From contig JBPOGI010000001.1 of the NCBI GenBank assembly GCA_051251855.1, positions 1,696,001 to 1,760,000 on the forward strand: a stretch of 64,000 bases of DNA, read 5' to 3'. The translations under genes and the position numbers were made by a program. Source of the stretch: Roseibacillus sp. (GTDB lineage Bacteria; Verrucomicrobiota; Verrucomicrobiia; Verrucomicrobiales; Akkermansiaceae). Position 1 is the first letter of the stretch. Each line of letters starts with the position of its first letter. Positions 38,513 through 48,925 of this stretch are shown here, in pieces. Under the pieces are notes generated by a model that saw only the letters and a list, made by a program, of their open reading frames with translations, ran no database searches and was not told the origin of the DNA.

Positions 38513-39274
38513 ATGAAACATCAAATCACAATTGCGCTTTCTCTCCTCTTCGTTCAAATTAGCTCAATTCAAGCGGCTCCCGAACAAGGCTCAAGAGCTG
38601 AAAAAAGGAAACAAGACTGGAGCTTCACCCCGAATCCCGACCTTCCTAACGTTCTGATTCTCGGCGACTCAATCTCAATCGGCTACACCCTCCAAGTGCG
38701 GGAGCTTTTAAAGGACAAAGCGAACGTCTACCGCCCCACTGCAGCCAATGGTAAAAAGGCCATGAACTGCAGCGACACCATTTCTGGCCTCCGACGTCTT
38801 GACTCTTGGCTAGCCGGTCATGAGTGGTCAGTGATTCACTTCAACTGGGGTCTCCACGACCTCAAGCATGTCAAAGAGGCCGGTAAGCAGATCAACTCTT
38901 CAAATCCCAAAGACCCTCAACTCACCACGCCCGCCCAGTATGCTCAGAACATCAAAAGCATCGTCACCAAACTAGAGGCGACGGGAGCAAGATTGGTTTT
39001 TGCGACAACGACTCCGGTAACCCCTGGCACCACAAACCCACTAAGAACGCCCGAATCTCCTCAAGTTTACAACGAGGCAGCACTCAAGATTATGAAGGCC
39101 CACAACATTCGGGTTAACGATCTCCATTCTTACAGTGTGCCTCATTTGAAAGAATGGCAGTTACCAAAGAACGTGCACTTTCGTTCTGCTGGCTCTGCAG
39201 CCCTAGCGAAGCGAGTTGCCTCGGTCATCAGCGAAGAGCTCGCTGTAGCAAAAACTGTTGATACGTCACCTTAG
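38513..39274 (+). CDS. SGNH/GDSL hydrolase (putative carbohydrate acetylesterase)
   Basis: GDSIS, FNWGLHD, NVHF; signal peptide. Confidence 0.88.
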   Translation: MKHQITIALSLLFVQISSIQAAPEQGSRAEKRKQDWSFTPNPDLPNVLILGDSISIGYTLQVRELLKDKANVYRPTAANGKKAMNCSDTISGLRRLDSWLAGHEWSVIHFNWGLHDLKHVKEAGKQINSSNPKDPQLTTPAQYAQNIKSIVTKLEATGARLVFATTTPVTPGTTNPLRTPESPQVYNEAALKIMKAHNIRVNDLHSYSVPHLKEWQLPKNVHFRSAGSAALAKRVASVISEELAVAKTVDTSP

Positions 39275-39282
39275 ATTTCACT

Positions 39283-41850
39283 ATGAGCACCACCTTCGTT
39301 CGACTTGCCACCTGCCTACTTCTCACTGGAGGAGCACAAGGTCAAGGCAGTCAGTTGGGGTTGCGTGCGGATTGGCTGAGAGGCTCGTGGGGAGCCTTGT
39401 GGCTCCCTGAGAGAACTTACAATGGAAACATCGAAGGAGTCACTATTGATGCATTCCTTACTCAGATCGAGGAGCTAAAAACGATCGACTACGTCCAAGT
39501 CCCTCTTACGAGCCCTAATATTTTCTCCCCAGCGCACACCGGACCTCACCCTATCCTTCAAAGCCTTTGGCAAGGAGACACCGACGCCAATGGCGATCCT
39601 ATTAACTTGATCGTCCCCCGCACTTCCGCGCAGGATCCGTTATTAAGCTGGCTAGAAGCCCTCAACGCAGCGGGGCTCAAATCCGAAATCTACGTCAACT
39701 CTTACAATCTACTGGCTCGCATTCCTGCGAATATCCCAAGCGACTACCCTGACCTATCTGCTCGCTGGGAAAACTTTTGCGACACCAACCCTACCGTCCA
39801 AGCCTTCATCAGCAACCACCCACACCTCGCGCCTGAAGACCCCGAGAGGCGAAAATACATGTTCTGTTACGCGGAGTTCATCTTGAAGGAATATTCCCTC
39901 CGTTACGGGGACCTCATCGATGCATGGACTTTCGATTCAGCCGACAACATCATGGAAGACTGCGGCGACGATGCCGCGAGCGGCGTGCTAGATGACCAGC
40001 GAATTTACGAGGCTTTTGCTAACGCCTGCCATGCCGGAAATCCCAATGCGGCGATTTCCTTTAACAATAGTGTCGGCAACGATATAGCGCCATTCGCAAC
40101 CCCATCTCTCTTCGATGACTACACCTTTGGACATCCCTTTGGAGGAGCAGGCAACATGGTTGTCCCTGAGATTCTCTACACGAGAAATTTTGCGATTTGC
40201 GAGTATATGCAGGAACACAACGGTCTGCCTTTTGTCACCACTGATGACAGGCTTTGGAACGACAATGTCGTGGCCCACTTCTTTCCAAAGCAAAGCACCA
40301 CCTCTTGGAATGCGGGGTCTGCGCCCTGTCTTACCGATGCTCAATTCGTCGAGTGGACCGCGGAAGGAGTTCTCAACGGTGGAGCAATCACTTGGGGCAC
40401 GCCGCTCTTTAGGACAAACTTGGAGAACTCCCCTATTCTCACCCTCCGTGAGTATGCGCTCAACCAACTAGAATTGGTGGACGAACATTTCAGTGAACTC
40501 CAATTCCCTGATGTGCCGAACTGGCGAAGAGCGGAAACCCCTTTTCCTAAGGCCAATGGCCAAACACCCTATACCCACACCTTGACCGACGGTGTTGATT
40601 TTTGGGATCCCGCTGGAGGAAGTATCACTAGCCTGACAGCCATCGGTCAGCCGTCTTGGTTAACAGTGGCCGAAACGAGCCCTAGCTCAGGTGAGTGGAC
40701 TCTGAGTGGAACTCCAACGGAAACGATTACGAGTGAGCACTCTTTTGATCTAAAGATCATGATGGGAACCGTAGAATCAACGAGGACCGTTCAGCTCGTA
40801 GTAGAAGTTCCCGTCCCTCCTCCAGTGGGGCTCGTTGCCTATTGGAGATTGGATGAGGAGTTCGGCCTGACCGTGACAGATTTTTCGGGGAACGAGTTTC
40901 ATGGCTCCCCCGTCAACACTTCCTCGACTACTGGAGTGAGTGACGGTGCTTTAAATTTTAATGGCAGCAACTCCCGTATCTTAATTCCAGAAGCGACCTT
41001 CGCATCTATCAGCGACCAAATCACTCTCACGATGTGGATAAAAGGAGACTCCACGCAGCCATCCAACGACGCCATCTTTCAAGCACGTGACACCAATGGA
41101 GACCGCGCGATCAACATTCATCTTCCATGGAGTAATTCGACAGTCTTTTGGGATGCTGGAACCGGTGGCCAACCCTACGACCGCATTTCGAAAACTGCGC
41201 TCCCCTCAAACTTCAAGGAGCGATGGAATCACTGGTCCTTCACCAAGAATTCGACCAGCGGTGACATGAACATCTACCTTAACGGATCTCCTTGGCACAG
41301 TGGATCAGGAAAATTCAAGTCAATGTCAGGAGTTACCGAAGGAACTCTCGGGAGCGGAGTGAGTTCAGCTCGCTATGGCGGCATGGTGGACGAAGTCATG
41401 CTCTTCAACACCGCCCTCAACGATTCCGAAGTGAAGGAACTTTACGAGGGTTACCAAGGCTTTGAATCGTGGCTCACTCGACACCCCAGCTTGGAACAAG
41501 TGGAACTTCTCTTCGATGCTAATTCGGATGGCACCCCGTTGTTGCTTGAATATATTTTTGACGGAAACCCCTTCGTCTCAGACCCATTGATTCTTCCGTC
41601 AGCAGAAAGCTCTGACGAGAACTTCATCTTCAAATACACTCGGAGATCAGAATCAGCTAACGACACCGAACAAATCTTTCAACATAGCGCAAACCTCATC
41701 GATTGGACCGACATCCTCATCACCGGCCAACAAGCTGCAGAAGTCAGTATTGACGAGGAAGTCAATGATACCGAAGAAGTCACGATCACGATCAGTCAAG
41801 ACGTTGAAATTGGTGGACGACTATTTGGGCGACTGAAGGCGACTCGATAA
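39283..41850 (+). CDS. GH107 endo-fucanase (fucoidanase) with Ig-like, LamG and C-terminal tail domains
   Basis: N-terminal ~400 aa closely resembles Mariniflexile FcnA as recalled (LWLPERT.NGNIEG, LTSPNIFSP, AW.FDSADN, DYTFGHPFGGAGN, HFFPKQSTTSWNAG). Confidence 0.85.
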   Translation: MSTTFVRLATCLLLTGGAQGQGSQLGLRADWLRGSWGALWLPERTYNGNIEGVTIDAFLTQIEELKTIDYVQVPLTSPNIFSPAHTGPHPILQSLWQGDTDANGDPINLIVPRTSAQDPLLSWLEALNAAGLKSEIYVNSYNLLARIPANIPSDYPDLSARWENFCDTNPTVQAFISNHPHLAPEDPERRKYMFCYAEFILKEYSLRYGDLIDAWTFDSADNIMEDCGDDAASGVLDDQRIYEAFANACHAGNPNAAISFNNSVGNDIAPFATPSLFDDYTFGHPFGGAGNMVVPEILYTRNFAICEYMQEHNGLPFVTTDDRLWNDNVVAHFFPKQSTTSWNAGSAPCLTDAQFVEWTAEGVLNGGAITWGTPLFRTNLENSPILTLREYALNQLELVDEHFSELQFPDVPNWRRAETPFPKANGQTPYTHTLTDGVDFWDPAGGSITSLTAIGQPSWLTVAETSPSSGEWTLSGTPTETITSEHSFDLKIMMGTVESTRTVQLVVEVPVPPPVGLVAYWRLDEEFGLTVTDFSGNEFHGSPVNTSSTTGVSDGALNFNGSNSRILIPEATFASISDQITLTMWIKGDSTQPSNDAIFQARDTNGDRAINIHLPWSNSTVFWDAGTGGQPYDRISKTALPSNFKERWNHWSFTKNSTSGDMNIYLNGSPWHSGSGKFKSMSGVTEGTLGSGVSSARYGGMVDEVMLFNTALNDSEVKELYEGYQGFESWLTRHPSLEQVELLFDANSDGTPLLLEYIFDGNPFVSDPLILPSAESSDENFIFKYTRRSESANDTEQIFQHSANLIDWTDILITGQQAAEVSIDEEVNDTEEVTITISQDVEIGGRLFGRLKATR

Positions 41851-41878
41851 TAAGAGAACACAAAACCAACTTTAAAAG

Positions 41879-43801
41879 ATGAACCTAAAACTCGTCCTAC
41901 AATCGGTCCTCCTTTTCACTTACTCACTCCTCACCGCAGCCCAACCCAGTATCGACCTAGCCGGCGACACGGACAAGGATGGTTGGCGCGACACAATTGA
42001 GGTCACCTTGGGCACCGACCCCTGCGACTCCACCAGTAACCTCTGTGCAAAGATCGAGAGTCTGGGAAACGACTCCTACTCTCTCACTTGGCCGACCGGC
42101 TTGGATTGCGGCTACCAAATCGAGTTCAGCAACGACCTCGAATCAGGCTTTTCTCAAGTCGTCGCGGGCCCCTTTATAGGCGACGGCAGTTTACGCACCG
42201 AAACTATCGACCTCAGCACTATTACTCCCCAACCATCCGCTATCGAACCCGGCTTCTTTCGCATCAGCGCTACTCTTCCTCGGCCTAACATCGTCTTCAT
42301 CATGTCCGACGACCACGTTGCAATGGCAATGGGTCACATGAATCACCCAGACCATTCAGAAGTCTTGACTCCTAACATGGACCTCTTGGCCTCTCGCGGC
42401 GTTTGTTTCAACCGTGCCTACTCGAACACTTCCATTTGCCGCCCTTCTCGTGCGACTACGTTCACGGGAACTTTCGAATACAAGCACGTCACCAACTTTG
42501 GGAACGTCAGCTCGAACTCCCTCGATGCCGACCTTTGGAACCAGTCCTACCCCATCCTAATGGCCAACAATGACTATCGCATTGGTTTCGCGGGTAAATT
42601 TGGCTTCGGGATGGAGCTTTCCGAAGCTACCTACTCCGCACAGTTCGATAAATGGGGCGGCTTTGATGGCGATGGCCAAGGCTCATACGATACCGCAGCC
42701 AATGCCGCCCTCACTAATTACTCCACAGCCTATCCTCACGTCAGCAGAGCCTTAGGTGCGTTTGGGAAGGACTTCATTCAGGAGTCCGTCTCCGCCGGAG
42801 AAAATTTTTGCCTCACCCTCTTCCCTAAATCACCTCACCTTCCGAACGACAACATTGACCCATTGGACCAGAACAAGTTCGACGCCGTGGTCCCCTTCGC
42901 GTTGCCCACCACTTGGGCCCAAAACTTCAACGACCTCATGCCGCCCCAACCAAGGTTTGCCCGCCCTCACCAAAGACGCTGGCTTGACGAACCAACCTAC
43001 CAATCTTTTGCCCTCGGCTACTACCAACTCATCGCGGGCATGGACGCTGGAATCGGCATCGTCTTGGACGAACTCGAGGCCAGTAACGTTGCCCACAACA
43101 CCGTCGTCATCTATACCTCGGACAATGGCTACTTTTTAGGCTCGAACGGCGGATGGCATGGTAAAGTGCTTCCTCATGAAGAAGGTTCTCGCATCCCCTT
43201 CATCGTCTACGATCCCTACGCCCCCCTTGACACCATCGGCACAACCTCGGACGCGATCATTGGCAACGTCGATTGTGCCGCCACTCTCCTCGACTACGCT
43301 GACCTCCCCGTTCCCGCGCATATGGACGGAATCTCCATTCGACCGATCGTCGAAAATTCCGCACCACGCATTCGTGACTCCATGCTTCTCATTCAGAACT
43401 GGACCGCTGGCAACGACGACCTCAGCCGAGCTCTCTCAGTGGTCACCGAAGAGTTTAAATACACCTACTGGCCTTATTGCGACATCTACGTCAATCCCAC
43501 CGAAGAGATCTACCACATCCCCTCCGACTCTTTCGAAAACAACAATCTGATCGACACGATGGGAAATCTAAGCGCCCCTCTCGACACCACTACCTTAGCC
43601 CAACTCCGGAGCGACTATGACGGATTCGCAACCGACTGGGCGAACAACGTCCCGGTTGGAGCAACCGGTTACCAAAGAGTCGGCGTTCTCTTCGATCGAA
43701 GTATCGACCACACTCTCAAATCGTTCACCCCCATTTCCCCCACGAACACCAACTACCGTAACAACTACCAAGATGTTACCGGTCAAACCTTTCCAAATTA
43801 A
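41879..43801 (+). CDS. Secreted S1 sulfatase
   Basis: PNIVFIMSDD, CRPSRAT, GKFG, SPH, TSDNG, GK...EE..RIP. Confidence 0.9.
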   Translation: MNLKLVLQSVLLFTYSLLTAAQPSIDLAGDTDKDGWRDTIEVTLGTDPCDSTSNLCAKIESLGNDSYSLTWPTGLDCGYQIEFSNDLESGFSQVVAGPFIGDGSLRTETIDLSTITPQPSAIEPGFFRISATLPRPNIVFIMSDDHVAMAMGHMNHPDHSEVLTPNMDLLASRGVCFNRAYSNTSICRPSRATTFTGTFEYKHVTNFGNVSSNSLDADLWNQSYPILMANNDYRIGFAGKFGFGMELSEATYSAQFDKWGGFDGDGQGSYDTAANAALTNYSTAYPHVSRALGAFGKDFIQESVSAGENFCLTLFPKSPHLPNDNIDPLDQNKFDAVVPFALPTTWAQNFNDLMPPQPRFARPHQRRWLDEPTYQSFALGYYQLIAGMDAGIGIVLDELEASNVAHNTVVIYTSDNGYFLGSNGGWHGKVLPHEEGSRIPFIVYDPYAPLDTIGTTSDAIIGNVDCAATLLDYADLPVPAHMDGISIRPIVENSAPRIRDSMLLIQNWTAGNDDLSRALSVVTEEFKYTYWPYCDIYVNPTEEIYHIPSDSFENNNLIDTMGNLSAPLDTTTLAQLRSDYDGFATDWANNVPVGATGYQRVGVLFDRSIDHTLKSFTPISPTNTNYRNNYQDVTGQTFPN

Positions 43802-43886
43802 AGGACCTCTCGGAACCTCTTGAAAATTCAGGGGCTCTTCAGACTCTTTACCAAGAGAAGGGTCGCCCCTAAATTATCTCCCCCTT

Positions 43887-43926
43887 AAAAAACCAAACCC
43901 CCGCCTAGAAAAACTAAGCGGGGGTT

Positions 43927-43929
<3 letters not shown>
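43887..43929 (-). terminator. Intrinsic terminator after tRNA-Asp
   Basis: 12-bp stem CCAAACCCCCGC/GCGGGGGTTTGG with U-run on minus strand. Confidence 0.75.
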
Positions 43930-44003
<74 letters not shown>

Positions 44004-44051
44004 AAGTAGAACAAAAAGAAGACTGAAAGTCCTCCGCTTGCGTGGGCGCGC

Positions 44052-44080
44052 AAGCTACGGAGTTTCCCCCAATCGCGCAA
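44052..44080 (-). promoter_or_regulatory. Putative sigma70 promoter of tRNA-Asp
   Basis: TTGCGC-N17-TAGCTT followed by GC-rich discriminator. Confidence 0.6.
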
Positions 44081-44094
44081 CAATAAATCGCACC

Positions 44095-45021
44095 TTATTT
44101 CACTTTTTCGATCATGGCCTGCAAAGAATCCCAATCTCCGGCTGTCTCGATGGTCGCACCCTTGTCGATCCGAGTCATCAAACCAGCCAAAACCTTACCT
44201 GGTCCAAGCTCTAGGAAGAGTTTATGCCCTTGTCCGCGAAGGAGCTGAATCGACTCCACCCAACGCACTGAACCAGTCACTTGCTTCTCTAGAGTCTCTC
44301 GGATTTCGGCGGGGTCAGTCACAGCTGTCGCTCTTTGATTTGAAATCACTGGAAAGCGAGGACTCGAAACCTCGGCCGCGGCTAAAACCGGCCCCAACTT
44401 GGCCTCGGCTCCCGCCATCAGTCTCGAGTGATAAGCTCCTGCGACCTTCAGCTTCTTGGCCAACTTAATCTTCCGCTCTTTAGCTCCGGCGACTGCTTTG
44501 TCGATGCCCTCCACCGTACCCGATAGCACGATCTGCCCAGGTGCGTTTAAGTTGGCCACGTCGACTCCGCTCTCTTCCGCTAAGGCTCTCACGGCCGCTT
44601 CATCACCACCCACCATCGCAGCCATCGCTCCTCTATTTTGGGCGCAAGCCTCATCCATGAGCTGTCCCCGTTGCGCAACCACTCGCAGACCTTCCTCGAA
44701 AGTGAAACTCCCTGCAGCAGTATGAGCCGTCATCTCCCCTAGCGAAAGACCCGCCGCAGCCACCGGATTCAGATGAGGACAACTAGCCTTCAAGACCGAC
44801 CACATCGCCAATCCGTGCACAAATAACGCGGGCTGACAGTTGGCGGTCTTCGTCAACTCCTCTTCAGGTCCTTCGAAGATGATCTTGCTCAAGTCCCGTC
44901 CCAGCACCTCATTGGCGTGCTCGAAAAGGTCTTTTGCAATCTGGCTTCCTTCGATGAGATCTTTCCCCATCCCCACCTTCTGGGCTCCCTGTCCGGCAAA
45001 TAGTAAAACGCAATCGCTCAT
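44095..45021 (-). CDS. fabD: Malonyl-CoA:ACP transacylase
   Basis: FAGQGAQ.VGMG, QPALF, GLSLGE, AN.N.PGQIV.SG, GAYHS, ELGPG. Confidence 0.95.
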   Translation of the reverse strand: MSDCVLLFAGQGAQKVGMGKDLIEGSQIAKDLFEHANEVLGRDLSKIIFEGPEEELTKTANCQPALFVHGLAMWSVLKASCPHLNPVAAAGLSLGEMTAHTAAGSFTFEEGLRVVAQRGQLMDEACAQNRGAMAAMVGGDEAAVRALAEESGVDVANLNAPGQIVLSGTVEGIDKAVAGAKERKIKLAKKLKVAGAYHSRLMAGAEAKLGPVLAAAEVSSPRFPVISNQRATAVTDPAEIRETLEKQVTGSVRWVESIQLLRGQGHKLFLELGPGKVLAGLMTRIDKGATIETAGDWDSLQAMIEKVK

Positions 45022-45162
45022 GTGAGCGCCAGCCAAGCCTCTCGGTGGATTTCGTGCAAGCCTGGAAAACGAACCTCTGAATCCACCTCCCTCCCCCTTT
45101 CATGTTGCCACCCTTCGTTGTTTTGCGACTTGAAAATCGATGATTCTCAACGAAATTCGAGT

Positions 45163-45972
45163 ATGATTATTTCCTTCACTAAGATGAACGGAGCAGGCAA
45201 CGACTTCGTGGTACTCGATAATCGAGATCTCACTTACAACCTGACCAAGGAACAAATCACCCATCTCTGCGACCGACACCGTGGAATCGGAGCCGACGGT
45301 TTACTCGCCGCCGAGCCTAGTGTTGGAGAAGCAGATTTTCGCTTCCGCTATTACAACGCCGATGGGGGCGAAGCAGAAATGTGTGGCAACGGAGCACGCT
45401 GCTTTGCCCGTTTCACCGCTGACCTCCTTCCGCAAGAATGCGACCAAGTCAGCTTCGAAACCATCGCAGGAGAGCTCTCAGCCAAACTTATCGGAGACGA
45501 TGTTGAAGTCGCCATGTCCGACCCGTTCGACTTGGAGCCTGAGTTGAAAATCGAAGTCGCAGGACTGAAGTCGCCGATTCATTCCGTCAATACAGGAGTC
45601 CCGCACACCGTCTCGTATGTAGACAACCTCAACGAACTGGATGTCGTTGCCGCCGGTGCAGCTATTCGCTACCATGAGCACTTCGCACCTGCTGGAACGA
45701 ATGCAAACTTTGCCCAAGTCCTCGAGGCTGGACACATCGCGATCCGAACTTACGAACGTGGAGTCGAGGGAGAGACCCTCGCCTGCGGAACAGGGATGGT
45801 CGCTTGCGCACTCTACCATCACCTCATCACTGGCGCCCCCTCTCCCATCAGGGTTGATGTTAAAGGAGGCGAGACCCTGCAAATCGGGTTCGAGAAATCT
45901 GGGGACGAGTTTGTTAATGTCACCCTCACTGGGCCAGCTGAAATTACCTTTACAGGTGAAATCGAAATCTGA
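45163..45972 (+). CDS. dapF: Diaminopimelate epimerase
   Basis: FTKM.GAGNDF, GIGADG, EMCGNGARC, GVPH, TYERGVE.ETLACGTG. Confidence 0.95.
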   Translation: MIISFTKMNGAGNDFVVLDNRDLTYNLTKEQITHLCDRHRGIGADGLLAAEPSVGEADFRFRYYNADGGEAEMCGNGARCFARFTADLLPQECDQVSFETIAGELSAKLIGDDVEVAMSDPFDLEPELKIEVAGLKSPIHSVNTGVPHTVSYVDNLNELDVVAAGAAIRYHEHFAPAGTNANFAQVLEAGHIAIRTYERGVEGETLACGTGMVACALYHHLITGAPSPIRVDVKGGETLQIGFEKSGDEFVNVTLTGPAEITFTGEIEI

Positions 45973-46074
45973 TTAACCCCTCCTCGCCAAAAACCTCCTT
46001 TTCTGATAACGAAACCCCATCATTACTGACGTAGCCGATAAAATACCTCAATCTGCTACGTTATCTCTTCCGAG

Positions 46075-48552
46075 ATGAATCTCCTCCTCCACCCCCTTTT
46101 GGCGGCATCCTTGCTACTCGCCAGCCTCACCGCATCCATGCGCGCCGAAGCCAACTTCAACGAGGTTGGTAAAGCGATGACTATCATGCTGGGAGATTCT
46201 CACTTCGAAGCTCTCGGTTTCGATGAGAATCTCAATCAGCGCATCCTCGACCTCTACTTAGAAACTCTCGATCCCGACAAACTCTACCTCACCCAAGGAG
46301 ACGTCCGCGAGTTCCGTAAAAAATATGCCGATGACGCGGCCAACGCATTCGACATTCTCCTTCTTCGGTCACGTGGAATGGAGCCGGCTCGAGATATCTA
46401 CACCCGTTTTGCTACCCGTGTAGCCGAACAAACCGAATACATCGAAACCCTCACCGACAAGGCCGCCTTCGACTTCACTACCGACACCCTTGTGCCCCTT
46501 TCTCGAAAAAGAGCTGATTGGCCGTTTGACCGCTTCGCAGCACAACGCATTTGGCGACTACGAATCGCGGATGAACTCTTGAGCGAAGAGTTACTGCGCG
46601 TTGACCCCACCCCCAAAAAGGAAGAACTAAAGACTTCATCTGCACCGACAGAGACCGAAGCCCCCTCACCCCAGGCTGAGGAACCCGCCTCGGACTCCCC
46701 CCAGCCCTCCTCAGAACCCCAGAAGCCAGAGCCAGAAGCCCAACCAAGCGAGAAAACCGCTGAAATCAGCGAGACGGTTACCCCCATCATCGCTGCCGAA
46801 GAAACACCCATCGTTAAAAAACCGAAGGCTCCCGCACCTTCAGCCGCTCTTCCTGTGATCCAAAAAGAGGAACCACGCAAAATCATTAAAAAGCGCTATC
46901 TTCGCTTTAAAGAAACTGTTCAATCTGCGTCCGACGAAGAAATCGCCGACTACTTCTTTAGCGCTGTCGCTCAAGCCCATGACCCGCACTCCGATTATCT
47001 CAGCGTAAAGGAAAATGAGCGCTTTGACCGCGAACTCCGCAATCAACTCACTGGAATCGGCGCAGAGCTCTCTTCAGAGCCCGACGGCGCTACCCGCATC
47101 GCTGGAATCATCGTCAATGGCCCAGCCCATCGCCAAGGTAAACTTAAACCCGATGACCGCCTCGTAGCCATCGATCCACTGAACGATGGCAAGATCGTGG
47201 ATATCACGTTTCTCCCCATCGAGCGCGTCGTGCAGCTCATCCTAGGCCGCAAAGACACTCCCGTTGGTTTGATTGTCGAAAATCATGCACCAGAGGACAA
47301 CGAGCGACGCAAAGTGGTCATTGTTCGCGGAACTATCCAACTCAAGAACGCAGCGGCATCGGCCGAGATTGTCAATATAGCTCAGCCAGAAGGACCGCCT
47401 CGCACCTTGGGCTGGATTAAAATCCCCCTCTTCTACCTCGACTTCGAGGACGCCGACCCAAGTGTCTATAAAGACGTTAAAAAGCTCGTTTCCCGATTGA
47501 AGCGAGAAAATGTCGATGGCATCGCTCTTGATCTGCGCGACAACGGCGGCGGCTCACTAACCGAAGTCCCTCGCCTAGCCGGACTTTTTCTTCCGCGAGG
47601 CCCTGTCGTGCAAGCGAAGAATCAAAGGGGACAGGTCGAAGTCCTTTCCTCTACTCCCCTCAAGCCAGACTACGAAGGCCCCCTTATTGTGGTCACCGAC
47701 CGCAACAGCGCCTCCTCCAGTGAGATTCTCGCCGGCGCGCTTCAAGACTACAATCGCGCCATCATCGTAGGAGAATCTTCCACTTTCGGCAAAGGCACCG
47801 TGCAAGAAAAAATGGGCGTCGCCAACTTCCTCCGCTTCATGCAAGACCCCAGAAGAGCTGGCGATCTCAAGACCACCGTTCAGAAATTCTACCGCGTTAC
47901 CGGAAGCTCTACTCAGCTCCGAGGCATCATTCCCGACATCATCGTGCCGTCGATAAACGACGCTAGAGAAATCGGCGAACGCTTCCTTCCGCATGCTCTC
48001 CCCCACGATGGAATTGCCCCTGCCCGAGACTTTAAGCCAGGGCCACGCAATGCTCTTTTTCTTCCCATCGTAGCCGATCAGAGCCGACAGCGAATTGAGA
48101 AGTCACCCGACTTTCAATACATCCGAGAGGACTTGATTCGAGCCGAAGTCGAGCGCATGCGTAACGTCGTTACCCTAAATCGCGAAAAACGTATCAGCGA
48201 ATCCAAAAAGGAACTGGAGCAGGAAGCTGAGCGCAACGACGAGCGAAGAAAGCGTTTCTCTGAAATGGAAAATAAGGATGCTCAACGCTTTCACTTCTTA
48301 CGCCTCACTCTTGAAGATATCGAGCGCACGAGGCTCGTAACAGTCGATCGCGAAAGAGACTCACAGGCCATTATTCTGCGAGCCCAGCCCAAGGCAGCCG
48401 ATCTCTCCGCCACTCCCGGCTGGCCAAGCGGACTCGACCCCGTAAAACGCGAAGCATTGACGATCTTGGATGACCTTGTGGACGCACGACTAGCTGACGC
48501 CGAACTAACAAAGCTCAAAAAAGCAGTCGAAGCTGGAACGAATCCAAACTAG
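46075..48552 (+). CDS. prc: Carboxy-terminal processing (tail-specific) protease
   Basis: DPHSDY, GIGA, PDZ, DLRDNGGGSL, SASSSEILAGALQDY.RA, TFGKGTVQ, KFYRVTG.STQ. Confidence 0.9.
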   Translation: MNLLLHPLLAASLLLASLTASMRAEANFNEVGKAMTIMLGDSHFEALGFDENLNQRILDLYLETLDPDKLYLTQGDVREFRKKYADDAANAFDILLLRSRGMEPARDIYTRFATRVAEQTEYIETLTDKAAFDFTTDTLVPLSRKRADWPFDRFAAQRIWRLRIADELLSEELLRVDPTPKKEELKTSSAPTETEAPSPQAEEPASDSPQPSSEPQKPEPEAQPSEKTAEISETVTPIIAAEETPIVKKPKAPAPSAALPVIQKEEPRKIIKKRYLRFKETVQSASDEEIADYFFSAVAQAHDPHSDYLSVKENERFDRELRNQLTGIGAELSSEPDGATRIAGIIVNGPAHRQGKLKPDDRLVAIDPLNDGKIVDITFLPIERVVQLILGRKDTPVGLIVENHAPEDNERRKVVIVRGTIQLKNAAASAEIVNIAQPEGPPRTLGWIKIPLFYLDFEDADPSVYKDVKKLVSRLKRENVDGIALDLRDNGGGSLTEVPRLAGLFLPRGPVVQAKNQRGQVEVLSSTPLKPDYEGPLIVVTDRNSASSSEILAGALQDYNRAIIVGESSTFGKGTVQEKMGVANFLRFMQDPRRAGDLKTTVQKFYRVTGSSTQLRGIIPDIIVPSINDAREIGERFLPHALPHDGIAPARDFKPGPRNALFLPIVADQSRQRIEKSPDFQYIREDLIRAEVERMRNVVTLNREKRISESKKELEQEAERNDERRKRFSEMENKDAQRFHFLRLTLEDIERTRLVTVDRERDSQAIILRAQPKAADLSATPGWPSGLDPVKREALTILDDLVDARLADAELTKLKKAVEAGTNPN

Positions 48553-48620
48553 CTTAAAAAAACTCAACGGAGACCTACCCAAATGGTTCCGTTTTCCCCC
48601 TCAACGAACACCTAGGCGCC

Positions 48621-48866
48621 CTAACTTCCCTCACCTCTCCTTAACCCTTCGGAGTTTTCTGGTCCCGGAACTTCCTGCCGAGCTCCTTCCTCCTTCGTTA
48701 AGGCTTTGTGATCGCGCTCATCGATTGCTGGCGTCATCTCTTCTTCCTTACTGAAGGCAAAAGGAAGAATCAGAGAAACTACTACTACAAGGAAGAAAAA
48801 CATCCCCAGCTGCGACCATCGCGATATATTTAACTTCCCAAATTTCTCCACAACCATACTAGACAA
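48621..48866 (-). CDS. Small single-TM hypothetical protein
   Basis: Hydrophobic stretch then acidic tail; start uncertain. Confidence 0.4.
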   Translation of the reverse strand: MSSMVVEKFGKLNISRWSQLGMFFFLVVVVSLILPFAFSKEEEMTPAIDERDHKALTKEEGARQEVPGPENSEGLRRGEGS

Positions 48867-48925
48867 ACTAATTAGTTCTGAATGTCACAAAATTCGCTCC
48901 TTGCCAAAGAAAAGGTGCAAAATTT

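Noticed and set aside
35546..43926. Integrative element at tRNA-Asp
   Set aside because: No integrase and no duplicated tRNA 3' end seen; not called as a mobile element
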